A DNA stretch of 64,000 bases from the human T2T-CHM13v2.0 reference genome, Homo sapiens. Every line of letters begins with the position of its first letter. The stretch's first letter is position 1. The translations under genes were made by a program, and so were the position numbers. The notes under the pieces are model-generated. The model searched no databases. It saw only the letters and a program-made list of their open reading frames with translations, and was not told the DNA's origin. Of this stretch, positions 41,584 through 57,600 are shown one piece after another. The stretch lies in the NCBI RefSeq assembly GCF_009914755.1, contig NC_060927.1; one strand, written 5' to 3'.

Positions 41584-41939
41584 TAGCCAGGATGGTCTCG
41601 ATCTCCTGACCTTGTGATCTGCCTGCCTCGGCCTCCCAAAGTGCTGGGATTAAAGGCGTGAGCCACCACGCCTGGCCAAATAATGATTTTTCAAGTCCAG
41701 GATCAAAATCAGTCCAGGATGGAGGATTTTAGGAGGGGACACTTGTCAGAGTCCAGAGGGCCAAAACAAATTATGATCTATTGGACTGGTTAGCAAAGCC
41801 AACATATGCGGATAAGCTTAGGGAGTATCTTTGAGCCCTGTGTGATGCCAAGGAGTTACTAGGGAGGTGGAATTACCCAAGGAATTGAGCAGGGTGTGGC
41901 AGGTGAGGGGAAAACTATGGGTTGCCAGCAATTCAGACA

Positions 41940-43530
<1,591 letters not shown>

Positions 43531-45170
43531 TAGCCAGGATGGTCTTGATCTCCTGACCTCGTGATCCACCCGCCTTGGCCTACCAAAGTGCTGGGATTAC
43601 AGGCGTGAGCCACCGCGCCCGGCCGACATTCAGTCTTTAAAGTTATACTGAACTCATGGCATTTGACACGTCAGCTGACTGGTGGCCACATATAGCTCTT
43701 GCTATTCTGGAAAAGCCATGGGATAGAGGTAAAAATGGGACTGAGGGGAAGATCAAAGGTAAACGCCACATGAACCACTACTGTATACCTACTGGTCTCT
43801 TTCTAGAATTTGGCCTGAGGTGGGCCTGGTGCAATTCTTAGTGAGACACTACAAGAATATGGATGTCACTTGAGGCAGGTCTAAGGGTTTGGTTTTGTTC
43901 TACATCATGGATGACAAGTCCATGGCCTTTGTGCTTAATTGATGGTGACAATCTTTCCCATGAATCCTTCCCAAGCCCACCTCCCAGGTGGTCACTACCA
44001 ATTTATTGGGGTTAAAGGAAAGTTACCCTTATGTTACCCTTATTTCCTATCCTTGCTCTGGATTCTGGAGACTAGCTGGTCCCAGAGGAAACCAAAAGCA
44101 AATCAATTTTCCCTGAAAGATGTTCTCAATCTAGTAGACCCACTCAGGCCCCAGGGCTGGGGAATGAGGTCCCCAAGGTTTACTTTTGTGGCATTTGTGG
44201 CCTGGATTCCCCTTGCTTTCAGACTCCTGGTGGTCTCCCCGTCTGATGCTGGCAGCTTCTTCTAGCCTATGTTTAATGGCAGCAAGTCTTGTTCCTACCA
44301 GTCCCTCTTGTCACATTCTCCCCTTGCTGACCCACCTGCAGTCTCATGCTGGACTCTTTCTCTCAGCAACATCAGAGCAGTCAGAGCTCACTGCCTTAAA
44401 CATGTTCTCTTCTGGCCCAAACAGGCTGGCCTGGAACAAATTGAGCCTTGTTATTTGGCCACAGGAAGAGTCCCACCTGCCAGACATTTCTGAGTGGAAA
44501 GGATGAGTGGAGGTGGCAGGTACCTGGTAACACTGATGGTTCCTTCATGTGGGTTTGTCTGCTCAGGGGTGTTGAGTGCATGTCTGCCCAAGTGCATCAG
44601 TATACACCTGGCGTCACTGGTGTATACTGATGCATGGCCACCATGGTGCTTTGTCCCCAGCTCTACCAAGGACCTAGCTCTCTGGGTTACTCTGGGGTCT
44701 TTTGAGTCTTGGAAACTTACCATCAGAGTGGGACTACAACATAAAGGGGCTGGGAAGTTAGGAAGAGAAGATGTCGGCCTCAAGGGAGCTCTGCCTATGG
44801 CATGACCTCTCACCCTGCCCAGGAACCCTGGGTGTGGTACCTTCCCTCTCCAGCCAGCAGACAGCACCTTAGAGGCTTTGAGCCCATGATGCCATCTTCT
44901 TGGGCAATCACAGGCTCTTTCTGTGGCTGTGGCTGCGTTTTATGGAGATCCTTACCTTTGTGCTATTGCCGTCAGCACTGCAAATTCTTTTTGGCCCCTA
45001 GGACAATCAGGAAGCTGATGAGGCCAGCCCTTGATGGCTGGGGGCCTCCCTGTCACTGACCTAAGTACACTTTCCATGGAGCCTGGTGGAGGGTAGGACT
45101 GAATCTGGTCTGGGAAACCAACAGAGACTATTTTAAGGACTGGCGATTAAGAGTGTAAGAATTTTCTTAG

Positions 45171-45415
45171 CAGTGGCCTCAACTAGGACACATATGCCAA
45201 GGGGTTGAGGGATACGGGAGGGACAAGGCAGAACATATGGAAATTTCTGTTTATATTTATTGTCTATCTCATCTTTTAAAACTTTTCCATTTGGGGAGGT
45301 GGGTTTTATAAAAAATATGCATTTATATAATTGGTAGATGAATATTCATATGTTGGAGATGCTGAAACATGTTGTATTGATAGAGGCACATGATTAAAAA
45401 GGCAGGAGGCCACTG
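45171..45415. mobile_element. hAT-Charlie MITE (MER112-like)
   Basis: 10-bp perfect TIR CAGTGGCCTC/GAGGCCACTG around an AT-rich ~245-bp core. Confidence 0.6.
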
Positions 45416-46402
45416 GCTTGAAGGCTGGGCAGGCCAGGATATGTTTTCTTGTGCAAAAACTGGAATTTTTTTCTAAGCCTAAACTTTCTAGATTCTCATA
45501 TCCATTCCTGAGAGAGAAGCTCTAGGACACTGGACCTGGCCCCAGCACCCACTGCTCTACAGCCTCTGCTTTGCTGCCTGGGTGCACAGGAACCACTGGC
45601 GTGGCCCAGTAGTCCTTCCTGCCCTGGGACTCAAAGGAGAGGGTCCTCCCACAGCATCTGCCCATCCCTAATTGCCCATTACAGAAAGGTCAGCCATGAA
45701 TTCATCAAAACCTCTTTTGAAGCTGTGGGGCTCTTCTGGCCACTCTGACTTAGAGAAACAGTTTCTTTAAGTTCACTCCCCTCCTGGTGAGCAAAGACAG
45801 CCATTTATTAATGGAAAACATTTCTTTCAAATCCTCAACTGAAGGCGGTGGGGGGCATGCTCTGGAATGCTGCCTTGTGGGGCCCAGCTTGGTTTTCCCT
45901 CTGGCGCCTGCACTGGCTCCATGCCTGGCTGCTTTTCCGTCTGGTCTGAATCAGCCTGGTCAGGCCCTCCTTCCCACTGTGCACCAGGGCAGCCACATCT
46001 CTCCTGGTGGTTCTGCCATTATGGACGTCACTGGTGTCTGAAGCATTTTTTAGTCACTGACGCTGGCCTCGTGCCTTTCTGGGGGCTTCTGACAGAGGGG
46101 AGCCCAGCCTCTCACCAGTGCAATCAGGATTATGTCTCCCAGCAGTGGTCCTGGGATGGGACAGGAGGCCACAGGGTACTAAGGATTGGTGGGGGAGAGG
46201 CTAACTGAATTTTCTCTGTTCCCGTTCCCAGCAGCCCTCCTGTGGCCAGGGGGCTCCTTCCTGCCTTGGCAAACAGCTCTGAGTTAAGATTGTTTCTGAT
46301 CAGCTAATAGCCTTAAATGCTGAAAGGAAGAAAAGCTGGTAGAAATCTGGCTGTTTGTACATTGTTTACCTTTCTTGGCCATCTTAAAAATATATTTGTC
46401 CC

Positions 46403-46545
46403 AATATCTAATGCATGTGGGGCTTAAAACCTAGATGACGGGTTAATAGGTGTAGCAAACCACCATGGCACATGTATACCTATGTAACAAACCTGCACGT
46501 TCTGCACATGTGTCCCAGAACTTAAAGTAAAATAAAAAATAAAAT
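46403..46545 (+). mobile_element. L1PA (about L1PA7/8) extreme 3'-end fragment
   Basis: ggggcttaaaacctagatgacgggtt...gtaacaaacctgcacgttctgcacatg...cccagaacttaaagtaaaataaaaa; atttgtccc on both sides (probable TSD). Confidence 0.85.
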
Positions 46546-47539
46546 ACATTATATATATATATATATATAATTTTATAATTTGTCCCTAGATAAGGCATTT
46601 CTAGTCTTCCCTGTTTGACTTCTAGCCACTCCTTCATCTCTCTGCCCTTCCTGTCTCTTGTGTCTCCTTTATGGCGGCACCCCTCTCCCCTCCTTGCTTA
46701 CACACCCTTACCCTGGCCCTCCCCAGCAATAGGACTCCCATGGCTGCTGGGAGGAGCAGTGGCCTCAAGGGGCCTCTCTGCTGATGAGGCCACATCCACA
46801 AGACCAAGTCTTCCTTGGGGTGGGCTGGGTCCTGCCTGTGGACACCTCCCTCTCTTTTTCCTCATTCCCTTCTTTCTCCTGCCCAGCGGCCATATTTTGG
46901 CGGAGACCTTTGTTTGTGTCTCTTAAGAAGAGCCTCCTGGAGGGCTTACCTCTTCCCTCCTGAGGAGGCCTTGGACGGGTGTAGTCACTGTGGCTCTCAT
47001 GGAATGTGTGTTCAGGTGTGTGGTACAGACAGTTATGACCCCTGGAGCTCCTGCCACGGTGGGCCCTTGTGTTCAGCTGGAGAAGGAACTGGCCCCTCCC
47101 AAGCTGGACTGGTTTGGGACAGGGCTTGGGCATTTATGGTGTGTGGCACTCATAGGTGTAGCCTTTCTTCCTGTGACTTCTCGGCTTTCACATACGTAGA
47201 CTCATCATGGCATGGGGCATTGTTGAGTGCTCCTCCTCATGGGAACTTCTATAACCCTGTGGGGTCATTCTCTTTTTTCTCCTTTCCCTGACTTCTCTGG
47301 TTCTGACATCTCCTCTACTCCTATGAACTTTGGTCCTCCCCACAAAGCTTTCTGGGTGATTTCTAGCCTGAGAATTGTCTGTGAACAAGACCTGTAACTC
47401 TCCCAGATAAAAATATCTACACTTATCTGAATTGAACTGAAGCTGTGACCCATCTCTTAATGTCTCTTACCCCCTACCCCCACCTCAACACAACCAAACC
47501 AAACCCAAACTTGTGATTTTGTGATTTCGCTTCCCATTT

Positions 47540-48620
47540 CTTACCCACTAATTGACTTCTCTCCCTGGATTCCCCATCTCAATTAAAAGGAACACTCCTC
47601 CCTGGAGCCAAAGCCAGAATACCTGCTGCTGTACCTTCCCTTCCTCTTGCCACACAGACTATCTCCTGGGCCAGTGCCTTATTCTCACTGGTTTCCTACC
47701 TCATCATCTTCTTCTCCTTGAAGAGACCCTAAACATTCCCCTATGTGAAAACCTTACAGGCTGTGCTCATTTTAGCTTTTAGCTTCCCAATTAGCTCAGG
47801 TAGTTCAACACACACTATCACACGATTGCTGGGAGCTGTTCTAGGTGCTGGGAGCACCAATGACTTACGTCTTCCAAGCTTATCCTGCGTAGCTACTCAG
47901 ACTGAGCATGCTCTGCTGTGCCTCTGGGTCTTCGTGCATGCTGTTGCCTCTGCCTAGCATGCCCTGTCACCTTGGCATGAACAGCTCATCTTTTAAGACC
48001 CAGTTTAAATGTCTTCTCATCCTCAAAGACTTCTGCCTCTGTCCATCACTGGACCATGCAGCAGTGTGTCTTGCAGGGATTTGTTTGCACATCTGTCTCT
48101 ACTCTAGACCAGAGGCTCTTGGAGGACTGGACTCCTATATGAATCATTTTTTAAAAAAATATTTTAATTAAATATTAAATGACTTTATAAAGAATATAAG
48201 AATACCTATACAACATGTATAAGATGTGAAGAATAAAATATGAACACCTGTGGACCCACCTTCCATTGAAGAGATATCATTCCTTTATACCATCAATACC
48301 TATTATAGGGCCTGGAACTAATCCAGGGGTCAGTAAATGTGAATTCCTGAATGAATGAATAAATATCTATTGTTGGAGTCATTTTCTCTCTGAGTCTCCC
48401 AGCGTTGCTAGTTAAGTCCCAGGTGAATGGTGTCATGGCCCTAGCCCAGCCCCACTCTGTGAGCTCATTCTACTGTTCACACATTGTTCTGGTTGTTGTG
48501 CATGTGCTTACTGAGTGTCCATTCAATGCCAAGCGTGGCGCTGGGTCCTAAGGATATAGTGGGGAGCAAAATGGTGAAACCTCTTCCCAGGGAGCTTCCA
48601 CTTAAGCAGCTCTTCAGAAA
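47540..48620. mobile_element. L2 fragments
   Basis: L2 motifs: ctgttgcctctgcctag, aagacccagtttaaatgtc, cagtaaatgt...tgaatgaatgaat, atgccaagcgtggcgctgggt. Confidence 0.55.
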
Positions 48621-48679
48621 AAATAATCCAAAGAACCCAAACTGCAATGCTTTCTACCCCCTCTACAGCTACCCTAGAA

Positions 48680-48920
48680 AGGCAGTGTGGGATGTGGTTA
48701 AGGACATGGACTGGTGGCCTAGATATTGGAATCCCAGCTCCACCATTTGCAAGTCATGATGGCTTTGTATGTTACTTAACTTTTATGTGTGGCAGTTTTC
48801 TCATCTGTAAAATGGGCAAAATAGATCCTATCCAGTGAATTTGCTGTGAGGCTTAAAGCAGTTACTATGTGACAGGTGGCTCATGGTGAGGGCTCGGTCA
48901 GCATTACCACAATTATTGTC
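48680..48920. mobile_element. MIR
   Basis: MIR core: gaatcccagctccacc...cagttttctcatctgtaaaatggg. Confidence 0.7.
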
Positions 48921-49129
48921 AGCAGAGCCTTCTATGGTACGGCTGGGGGTGTAGCCAACTGCTATAGGGAGGAACTTTAGGTATTGTTCCTGAAGTTCTC
49001 TCCTGCATGAAGTCAGACCCAGAGAAGGGCCGAGTGTCATGCCAGGCACTTGCCGTGTTTCCTCAGCTTTAAAACTTTGGGGCCACATTTTACTGCTCTG
49101 AGTCATTTAGTGCTTACAGTCACCCCATT

Positions 49130-51530
<2,401 letters not shown>

Positions 51531-53089
51531 AGGAAGATGGGAGAATACAAAGACCGTGGACATATATCGCGATCTCCAGGTGTCATGATGGCTACCATGA
51601 GGTGTGTGGGTGCACATCAATGCCAGGAACACTGCCCTTGCATGCAGACTTTGCTGGGTGCAGAAGACATTGCTTGTTTATTCACTGTCACCACAGCTGA
51701 GTTTAGAACCCTAAATGTCTCCAGAAAGACTATATTGTGATACAACATTGATTTAAAAAGTCACTGTATATATAGATTGCCTGCTACTTATTGGGCAACA
51801 CAAATACAATAGAAATGGCTACATTTCTCAGAAGGCTTGCACCACCTGGAGAGGGGGCCACAGCCCATTCACATGTTGTAAAAAGCTCTCAGTAGCTTCT
51901 GATTTGCTTTCAAGGGCTGCCTTTAAACTCCAGTCTTAAATAATTTATGTAAAAAATGAAACTATTAATTTGGACAAGTGGGAAATATTTCTTTAGGATA
52001 CCTAGAAATTAGTATACTGAAAGGGCCCAGAGAAGCCCAGGTTCCCAGTGTGGGCCACTGATGCTGTGGCCACCACCATGCTAGGCTTCACAGCTGGTGG
52101 CAAAGATGGCCCTGAGGGGTTGGACTCAAACTCTGGTTGTCTTGCTGAAGAAGCAATTGGCGGGTCTGTGACTGGATAGTTAGGTCTGTGCCACTGATGG
52201 TTGATGACAGGAATGTTAAACACTATTTAATAGTGTTTCTTTTTTTTAGGAGAGTCTTTATTAGACCAAGGATATGTTTCTCTACCCGCCAGTTCCTCAG
52301 AAGGGAGGAAGGATTGCAGAGTATCTTGGGGTGGGTGTCCCCAGGCGGGCTCCTCATCTTCCCCCTGAAATGGCTTGTTCTAAGCTGCCCTATCAGTTGG
52401 CTCTTAAATCTTTTTGGCAAGCAGATGGCCTTCAGATGGGGGCAGCAAACTTAGAATCTTCTCCTGGGGCACTGAGGCAGCAGCTACCAGGGCAGTCTCC
52501 TGCACAGGCTGGGCCTCCACACTGCTCTCAGCAAGTCAGCCCTGTTTCCTGAGTGCCAGCATTCACCCCAATGAGTACAGACTAAAGCAGGGAGAGAATT
52601 TCAGGGAAGCAGTATAAAGCATTGTCTTTGGCTTTTTGTGCTCATCCTCTTTCAAACTGGAAAAGAGGAAAATTGCAGAGATGAACTTAAGTTGGGTCAA
52701 AGGAGAAGGAATATATGATTGACATTTAGCCTGACAGTTTGCTTTCTACCTCATGGAACTACCCAACACTGTTGGCTCCTTTGCAGCCAGATTGGGATGG
52801 AGGTGAGGGTTAGATGCATTGGACCTCACTCAGTGGTTCCTCAAGGCTGGATCCTGGAACTCCAGCCCCACCCAGCTTCACACTAGTGGAAAAGTAACAC
52901 TTTATCCCATCTTGGTAGATTTGGTCTGGCATCAGGCTTGCCAGAGGGCTACCAGAAGGAAGGCTCCTTTGTGTAGAGGCAGGCCCCTGATACAGGAGAT
53001 GGCATTAACTAGGCATTGCAGTATCCCCCATCCCCAGCAATCTAGGGTCAGCCTCTGAAGGGGTTCAAGGCAGGATATAGCAGATTGGC

Positions 53090-54025
<936 letters not shown>

Positions 54026-54203
54026 TGCCTCATGCCCTGGTGCCAAGGGTTCAAGTTGGAGATGCTTGTCAAGGCTCAGCACAGGACACAGCAAATGAGG
54101 GCCATGATGATTCTTCTGGGCAGGAGGAAGAGGGTGGTGATGGGGCTTGGCAGGGTCACCTAGCTTGGTAGAGACCTCCGCAAGCTGCTTCTCTAAGCTG
54201 TAT

Positions 54204-54233
54204 CTCTAACAGTCATTTTCAATGTCATTTCAG
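54204..54233 (+). promoter_or_regulatory. Branch point (CTCTAAC, A at 54209) and 3' splice site of exon 2
   Basis: YNYTRAY match about 24 nt upstream of the acceptor; interrupted pyrimidine tract tcattttcaatgtcatttcag. Confidence 0.7.
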
Positions 54234-54642
54234 CACTTCCCGGAGACTGGACCCCAAGGAACCCCTGGGTAACCAGAGAGCAGCTTCCCCAACTCCGAAG
54301 CAGGCTTCTGCTACCACTCCTGGCCATGAGAGCCCCCGAGAGACAAGGGCACAGGGACCAGCAGGCCAGGAGGCTGATGGTCCCCGCAGGACGCTGCAGG
54401 TAGACAGCAGGACACAGAGATCAGGGCGGTCCCCCTCAGTGTCACCGGACAGAGGCAGCACCCCCACATCACCCTACTCCGTCCCTCAGATCGCCCCCCT
54501 TCCCAGCAGCACGCTGTGTCCCATATGCAAGACTTCGGACCTCACGTCGACCCCCAGCCAGCCAAACTTCAACACCTGCACCCAGTGTCACAACAAGGTC
54601 TGCAACCAGTGTGGGTTCAACCCCAACCCTCATCTCACCCAG
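54234..54642 (+). CDS. BSN: Bassoon internal coding exon (exon 2), phase 2 in / phase 0 out; Ser/Pro-rich linker plus N-terminal part of zinc finger 1
   Basis: Acceptor tttcAG at 54232-54233; donor CAG|GTAACC at 54643. Open frame (1 nt + 136 codons): TSRRLDPKEPLGNQRAASPTPKQASATTPGHESPRETRAQGPAGQEADGPRRTLQVDSRTQRSGRSPSVSPDRGSTPTSPYSVPQIAPLPSSTLCPICKTSDLTSTPSQPNFNTCTQCHNKVCNQCGFNPNPHLTQ, recognised as human Bassoon. CxxC..CxxC..CxxC-GFNP is the zf-piccolo signature. Confidence 0.97.
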
Positions 54643-57600
54643 GTAACCACTTCTGCGCCGGCTCCCCACTCACCTGCTACCTCATTACCATACCTCCCCT
54701 GGTTCCCTTCCCCTCTTTCACCAACTCTCTTTTCCTGGTCATTTCCCTTGACCACCAGCATTTGTGTCCTCCTGCAGGGATGTGTCCTGGTTCCAGGATG
54801 TGGCAGCAAAGAACAGGGCCTGGCCCCAGATCTCCCAAGGGATTTCTGCATCCCCTGAAAGCTTGGGTAGAGTCTGAGAGTAGAAGATACTTTCTAACCT
54901 GGTCCAAGTTTGGTCTGGAAAAATGGCCTTCGAGAGGACCAAAGACAATCTTATGAACAATTTTTCCCAATGGAACTCATTTGGAGTGGGCCATGAGCAG
55001 CTCTAGGACACAGAGGGAGGCAAATTTCCCTGATCTAGGCCAGGAGGCCTCTGTCTTTGACAGCAGGCCCTAGATGGGGATGCTGGTGAGGGGAGAAAAG
55101 TTTCAGGGGAGGCAGGAAACTGCCTTCCAGCTGGGCTCTGGGAAGCACCTCTTCTTGGCTTTAGTTCTAGTCAGCTGGGGACCTGAGGTGGTGGGGCAGC
55201 TACCCCATCCCTAAAGAAATGACCTTGGGGTAAAGAACCAGGCTGGGAACCAAGCATTCACCAAGGATGACAGTGTCCTACACTCACCAAGAGGCCACTG
55301 TAGGACCATTTCTGTGAGTTTGGCTTCTTTTTCGCCCAAGAGGACAAGAGGACTCTGGGTCCACAGCCCCAGCCTGGCTTTGTTCAGGATGCTTTGAATG
55401 ACTGTGGGATGTCTCACCAAATGAGTTGGGGCCATCGCTTTAAAATGAACAGAGTAGGTCTGCTGATTTCCTCCTACTCCTCTGGGAGTAGAAGCCTCTG
55501 TTTCTCCCCACAAGAATCCGTCTTTGGATAGGATGGAGAGAGGCTGGCTGCAGGCACGGGCATGGCTGCCTCTGGGATTAACAGCAGCTGGAGCCGTTTG
55601 GACCATGTGGGAGGGGGCTGAGTGAGAATAATTGTTCACAGGTCAGGGTCTATATATGCCATGAGGTGCTGTGGGTGTGGGACGTGTGGTTTGTGAGAGG
55701 TAAGTGTGAGATTCTGAGGAAGGAGCTGTCGGTGTGGGGAGATGACTCAGTGCCTTTGGAGTTGCTCCTGGAGTGTGGGGGCTTCCTGAAGAGGCGTGCA
55801 TGCTCGTGATTATTGCATCTGTGATTAGAAACAGGCCATCCTGCACTGTTCAGTTAGGTAAGTGCTTGCTGTTCAGAATTTGGAACAATACGATTAAGGC
55901 CAGGGAAGCTCACCTGTGTGTTTCTGCCAGTGAGAAGCCAGAAGCCCCTCACAGGAACAGGGAGGCTTGGCAGGTGGACTGTACCGCTATGGGACATCCC
56001 CTCCTCATGCTGGCCTTGCCCCTCTGGGTTCCAGCTCCCTTGAGATGCAGCACAGCACCTGGACAACTCCGAGTGAGGTGGGTGGGGATAAGGAAGAGCC
56101 ACACATGGTGGCCCCAGGCTCCTGGTGGGCATCCCATTCCTCACCAAACCATGGCCCCTGCCTATAGGCTCTCCAAGCCCAGGACCTTCAATGAGGTGGG
56201 AAGGGAGCCAGCCTTTGGCTGTGCCTGGAAAAACAGCAGAGTAGGAAGACCTTGGAGACACTCAGTCCATCTGCCTCATTGTGCTGGGAGGAAGCTGAGG
56301 CTCAGGGCCAGGAGAAGATGGGGCCTCACACTTACTTCAGATCCATAGTGTTTGGTGAAGAGTGGGTCTCAGCCAAATACTTCAAACAAATGCTGGGCTG
56401 GACAAATGAAATGTTTCTTTGCTGTGAGATTCCTCAGGATTTTCAGTGTCCTGAGGGGCATCACAGAGTTCCAGGACAGGGCTATGGTTGGCAGCCTTTC
56501 CCAGACTTGCTTTCACAGAACATCTTAGGAGCTGCTGTTCCATGGCACCCAGTTTGGGAATTGCTGACCTGGTCCCTTCTCCAAGTTCACACATGGTGAA
56601 TACCCTTCTCTGCTGGGGTTTTCAGGTAGAACCTTCGCTTCTCTAGAGTTGGCTTTCAGTGGTGTTCTTGTTAAGGAAAAAATAATCCTTGGCACATCTT
56701 CCTGAGGGGTGATAAAGCATAATTCGTGAACCAGTGCAGTTGCTCTTTGTCACTTTGCTAAGAGCAGGTTCACCTTCCTGGTCATGCTTCCATGTGATGA
56801 GAAAACAGGTTTGCAGGCTTTGCTCACACACCTGCTGTTAGATCTGTCCTAGTCAGACTACATCTGTCCTGGCCACTTCTAACTTGATGTTATGTCAGTC
56901 AAGAAGGCTGGGATTGCCCTGGTGTCTCTGGGCTGAACTCCTGCCTGGCCTGAGATTCTGGGCATGTGTAAGGGGCTGGTTCTGAAGTTAGGTGTCTGGG
57001 TGGGTGATGGGGTCAGAGAGAGTGACCTTTTCCAGGAAACTCAGCTACAGCACTCACTTTCTTTTTCAGTTCCTCACTTCCCAGGAGTGGCCCAATCAGA
57101 GTAGAAAAAGGTAGAGGTACTGCCAGTCCCAGCGCAGATGCACTGCAGACACTGGCAACTGGAGAGTGTCCTGGGGATCCTGTGTGGGCTGGGTAGTATG
57201 CCTGGAGCTGCTAGTATAGTCACGCTGAGCCTGGTTGAGGAGGTCCAGCAGCCTGGGTGCTGTGTCCAGGGCGTGTCGGCAGGATGCGTTGTTCCTCAGC
57301 TTCCCAGTGGACAGAGGGATATAGCAGTCCCAGAGAAGGACGTGGGCCACACAAGTGACATGGAGGCTTTCAGGGCATCTCCAAGATGACTAGTGAAACT
57401 GTGCTTGGAACTTTGAAATGTGACCGCAGAAAATGGAACTTTGTTCATGTGTGTCACTAATAGAGACTTACTGGCTGGTTTGGAACTCAAGCTGCTGTGT
57501 AGATCTGGAGTGTGATTGAACAGTTGTGCCGAATGGCTGCATGAGGACAAATGCACAGAAAGGAGGGAAAGAACTTGGCCCCACTGGGCAGTGGTCACCA

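Noticed and set aside
54439-54858. 139-aa ORF as a standalone gene
   Set aside because: It starts at a GTG inside BSN exon 2, and everything after ...HLTQ is intron read-through.
56052-56070. REST/RE1-like motif acagcacc-t-ggacaactcc (and a weaker one near 30655)
   Set aside because: Half-site spacing is 1 bp rather than 2 and the core GGACAG is mismatched. No canonical RE1 was found by eye.
55773-56348. 191-aa ORF in intron 2
   Set aside because: GTG start, no domain similarity, composition typical of a chance ORF in GC-rich DNA.
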